Positions 62,159 through 64,000 of a stretch of 64,000 nucleotides of DNA are shown in pieces. The position numbers and the translations under genes were made by a program. Location of the stretch: positions 9,561-73,560 of the forward strand of contig CAYHOS010000002.1 in assembly GCA_964358505.1 (NCBI GenBank). Direction: 5' to 3'. Source of the stretch: an uncultured Candidatus Peribacteria bacterium (GTDB lineage: Bacteria > Patescibacteriota > Gracilibacteria > Peribacterales > Peribacteraceae). The notes under the pieces were generated by a model that saw nothing but the letters and a program-made list of their open reading frames with translations, was not told where the DNA came from and ran no database searches. Every line of letters begins with the position of its first letter. Position 1 is the first letter of the stretch.

Positions 62159-62953
62159 TCAATACTCCGCCAATAAGTACCGATCCACCATTGCGAATCC
62201 CAAGGATTGATACAGCCGTTGCGCAGGAATGTTCTCCTCCGCCGTGAAGAGGATCATCTTTTCGATTCCTGCATCGAAACATTTCTTGCACAGCGCGCTC
62301 ACGCACCGGCGGCCGTACCCGCGGCGGCGGAAATCCGGATGCGTGACAACGCCGCCGATCTGGCCGTAGTGGAGGGAACGCCCCGCCAGGATGGCCTTCG
62401 CCACGACCCGTCCCTCTTCGTGCATGACGAACGTTTTTCCCGGAACCGCGCGCTGCCTCTCCGCTTCAGTGAAGGGATCAGCCAGCGGCTGACGATGGAG
62501 AATCCTCTGGAGCACCATCAATGCTACAACATCTTCCGGACACGCCGGCACAGCCTGGCTCTCCGCCGGCCGGAAAGCCTGTGGAGAGAGAAGAAGGACG
62601 AGGGAGGGCTCCAGGCGCCGGGGGATGAAACCATGGGCTCTGAACCTGTCCACAGCGGGTTCCGCAAAACGCCGGAAGGCGGGAATGGCTTTCAAGGGCA
62701 ATGAGAGAGGCACGATGAAATCCACAAGCGCCTGAACGGTCTCCTCTTCCCCATGCGCGATAAAAGATCCCCAGAGGTCGAATGATACCGCAAGCCCCTT
62801 CATTTCCCCTCCCTCGAAGGCTCCGAAGTAGCGGTTCTCCCCGAAGGGGCGCGTTCCATTGAAACTCTCGATGATGAACATGTTCTCCGCCTCCTGCCTG
62901 TAGGCATAGGAGAGGATCTTTTCCCGATCCGATGGTCCACATTCGCGGATCAT
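62159..62953 (-). CDS. GNAT-family N-acetyltransferase
   Basis: QIGGVVTHPDFRRRGYGRRCVSAL is an acetyl-CoA-binding motif. TATACA-atcccgcc-ATG at 62953. Confidence 0.8.
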   Translation of the reverse strand: MIRECGPSDREKILSYAYRQEAENMFIIESFNGTRPFGENRYFGAFEGGEMKGLAVSFDLWGSFIAHGEEETVQALVDFIVPLSLPLKAIPAFRRFAEPAVDRFRAHGFIPRRLEPSLVLLLSPQAFRPAESQAVPACPEDVVALMVLQRILHRQPLADPFTEAERQRAVPGKTFVMHEEGRVVAKAILAGRSLHYGQIGGVVTHPDFRRRGYGRRCVSALCKKCFDAGIEKMILFTAEENIPAQRLYQSLGFAMVDRYLLAEY

Positions 62954-63013
62954 GGCGGGATTGTATACCAATACGGACTCTCCCCTGAGTCCCGGGGGAA
63001 ACACGCAAGGAGA

Positions 63014-63280
63014 TCAGGAACGTGTGATCCTGGAAAGCGTTGCCGCATGCTTGCCCTGAACCCGCATGGTGGCTTCCAGGTCATCCTGCAACGCCTGGCG
63101 GTGCAAGCGGGCATCCTCAAACCCCTGGCGCATCTCCTGGGCAAGGTTCGTGAATTGCCCTTGCAGTCCATTCTCCACACCATCGATCCGTTGCCGCAGC
63201 CCGCCTATCTGCTCCTGCAGGTCATTCTTCATGCCCTGCATGTGCTCTAACAGAATCGTATTGGTGATCTCATCGGCCAT
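63014..63280 (-). CDS. small coiled-coil protein (88 aa)
   Basis: MADEITNTILLEHMQGMKNDLQEQIGGLRQRIDGVENGLQGQ... TACCAT-gtgcctccc-ATG at 63280. Confidence 0.45.
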   Translation of the reverse strand: MADEITNTILLEHMQGMKNDLQEQIGGLRQRIDGVENGLQGQFTNLAQEMRQGFEDARLHRQALQDDLEATMRVQGKHAATLSRITRS

Positions 63281-63456
63281 GGGAGGCACATGGTAGGGAA
63301 GAGAGGATGAAGATGCAATCGCGGGGATGGGACAGGACTGAAGATTCCGACGAAGAGATGGAAAGGAACCCATGAGGTTCTCCCAACTATCTTCGGAATC
63401 CTCTCCTCTATTCCACCCATATACAACGATCCCACAAGTCGATCTGTGCGATGGTA

Positions 63457-63485
63457 TTGACTGTGTACACTCGTACACCTATGAT
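63457..63485 (+). promoter_or_regulatory. lexA promoter with candidate operator palindrome in the spacer
   Basis: TTGACT (63457-63462), 17-nt spacer, TATGAT (63480-63485). The spacer contains GTGTAC-actc-GTACAC (63463-63478). Confidence 0.6.
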
Positions 63486-63543
63486 GGTGGACGATTGTCC
63501 AGCACCCATTGGCATAGATGCTGGACACGTCCCCTCTCCCCCT

Positions 63544-64000
63544 ATGGCCGATATCACCCCCCACCAACGGACCGTCCTCAGCTACATCCGGGAATTCCAG
63601 GCCAAGCGCGGGTACTCCCCTTCGCTCGCGGACTTGGCCATCGCCTTCGGCGTACGAAGCAAGAACGCCATCGCCAAGGTGGTCAACGCCCTCACGCGGG
63701 GCGGGCACATAGAGAAGGACCCCAAGGGGCGCATCAAGATTCTGGAGCAGGAGGGCACGGGTCCCCTCCTTCTCCCCCTCTTCGGCCCCATCGCCGCCGG
63801 CTTCGCGGCTCCCGTGGAGGAGCAGGCGGAGGAGACGGTGACGCTGGATGACTACCTGGTGCGGGACAAGGCCTCCACGTTCCTCCTGCGCGTGAAAGGC
63901 GACAGCATGATCGACGCGGGCATCAACGAAGGCGACATGGTGATCGTGGAGCGCGGTGCGGAGCCGCGGACGGGGGACATCGTGGTGGGGGTGCTGGACG
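63544..64000 (+). CDS. lexA: LexA repressor (N-terminal about 152 aa; runs off window end)
   Basis: Own translation from ATG 63544: MADITPHQRTVLSYIREFQAKRGYSPSLADLAIAFGVRSKNAIAKVVNALTRGGHIEK...LRVKGDSMIDAGINEGDMVIVE. Confidence 0.88.
   Translation, partial: MADITPHQRTVLSYIREFQAKRGYSPSLADLAIAFGVRSKNAIAKVVNALTRGGHIEKDPKGRIKILEQEGTGPLLLPLFGPIAAGFAAPVEEQAEETVTLDDYLVRDKASTFLLRVKGDSMIDAGINEGDMVIVERGAEPRTGDIVVGVLD

Overview
High-GC (about 60% by eye) bacterial chromosomal window, densely packed with roughly 60 protein genes on both strands. Most are housekeeping: maf (partial), trpS, an RluA-family synthase, a PAS histidine kinase, dcd, dnaX, 5-formyl-THF cyclo-ligase, glyA, hrcA with a CIRCE operator, rpmE, argC, gyrA, rsmI, ruvA, pgi, trxA, a PfkB kinase, secF, tig, relA/spoT, dtd, rplJ-rplL behind an attenuator-type leader, an LCP protein, a GNAT and lexA (partial). 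There are also three tRNAs (Val-CAC, Ala-UGC, Cys-GCA), two DinJ/RelB-YafQ toxin-antitoxin pairs, two tandem archaeal-type purP paralogs, an orphan VirD4/TraD-like ATPase, and several secreted, lipoprotein or membrane hypotheticals. I saw no rRNA, CRISPR array, transposase or integrase. Three things are not explained by ordinary annotation. (1) Two diverged paralogous non-coding elements of about 0.55-0.67 kb (16346-16912 plus strand, 47068-47740 minus strand) share ordered sequence blocks and helices with compensatory changes, which suggests an unclassified large structured RNA. (2) Many intergenic regions carry short-period (6-9 nt) tandem word arrays, often as inverted arrays that form long hairpins, in at least six families. 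Two family members sit in frame inside conserved enzymes (rsmI, purP1), as Rickettsia palindromic elements do. (3) More than 20 genes have a -10-like TAnnnT hexamer 6-12 nt upstream of the ATG, mostly 6-10 nt, with a C-rich, often CCTCC-like, spacer and no Shine-Dalgarno. This implies widespread leaderless expression. All calls come from reading the sequence and ORF track by eye; no database search or folding program was run. The gene content is reminiscent of small-genome uncultured bacteria, but that is inference only.
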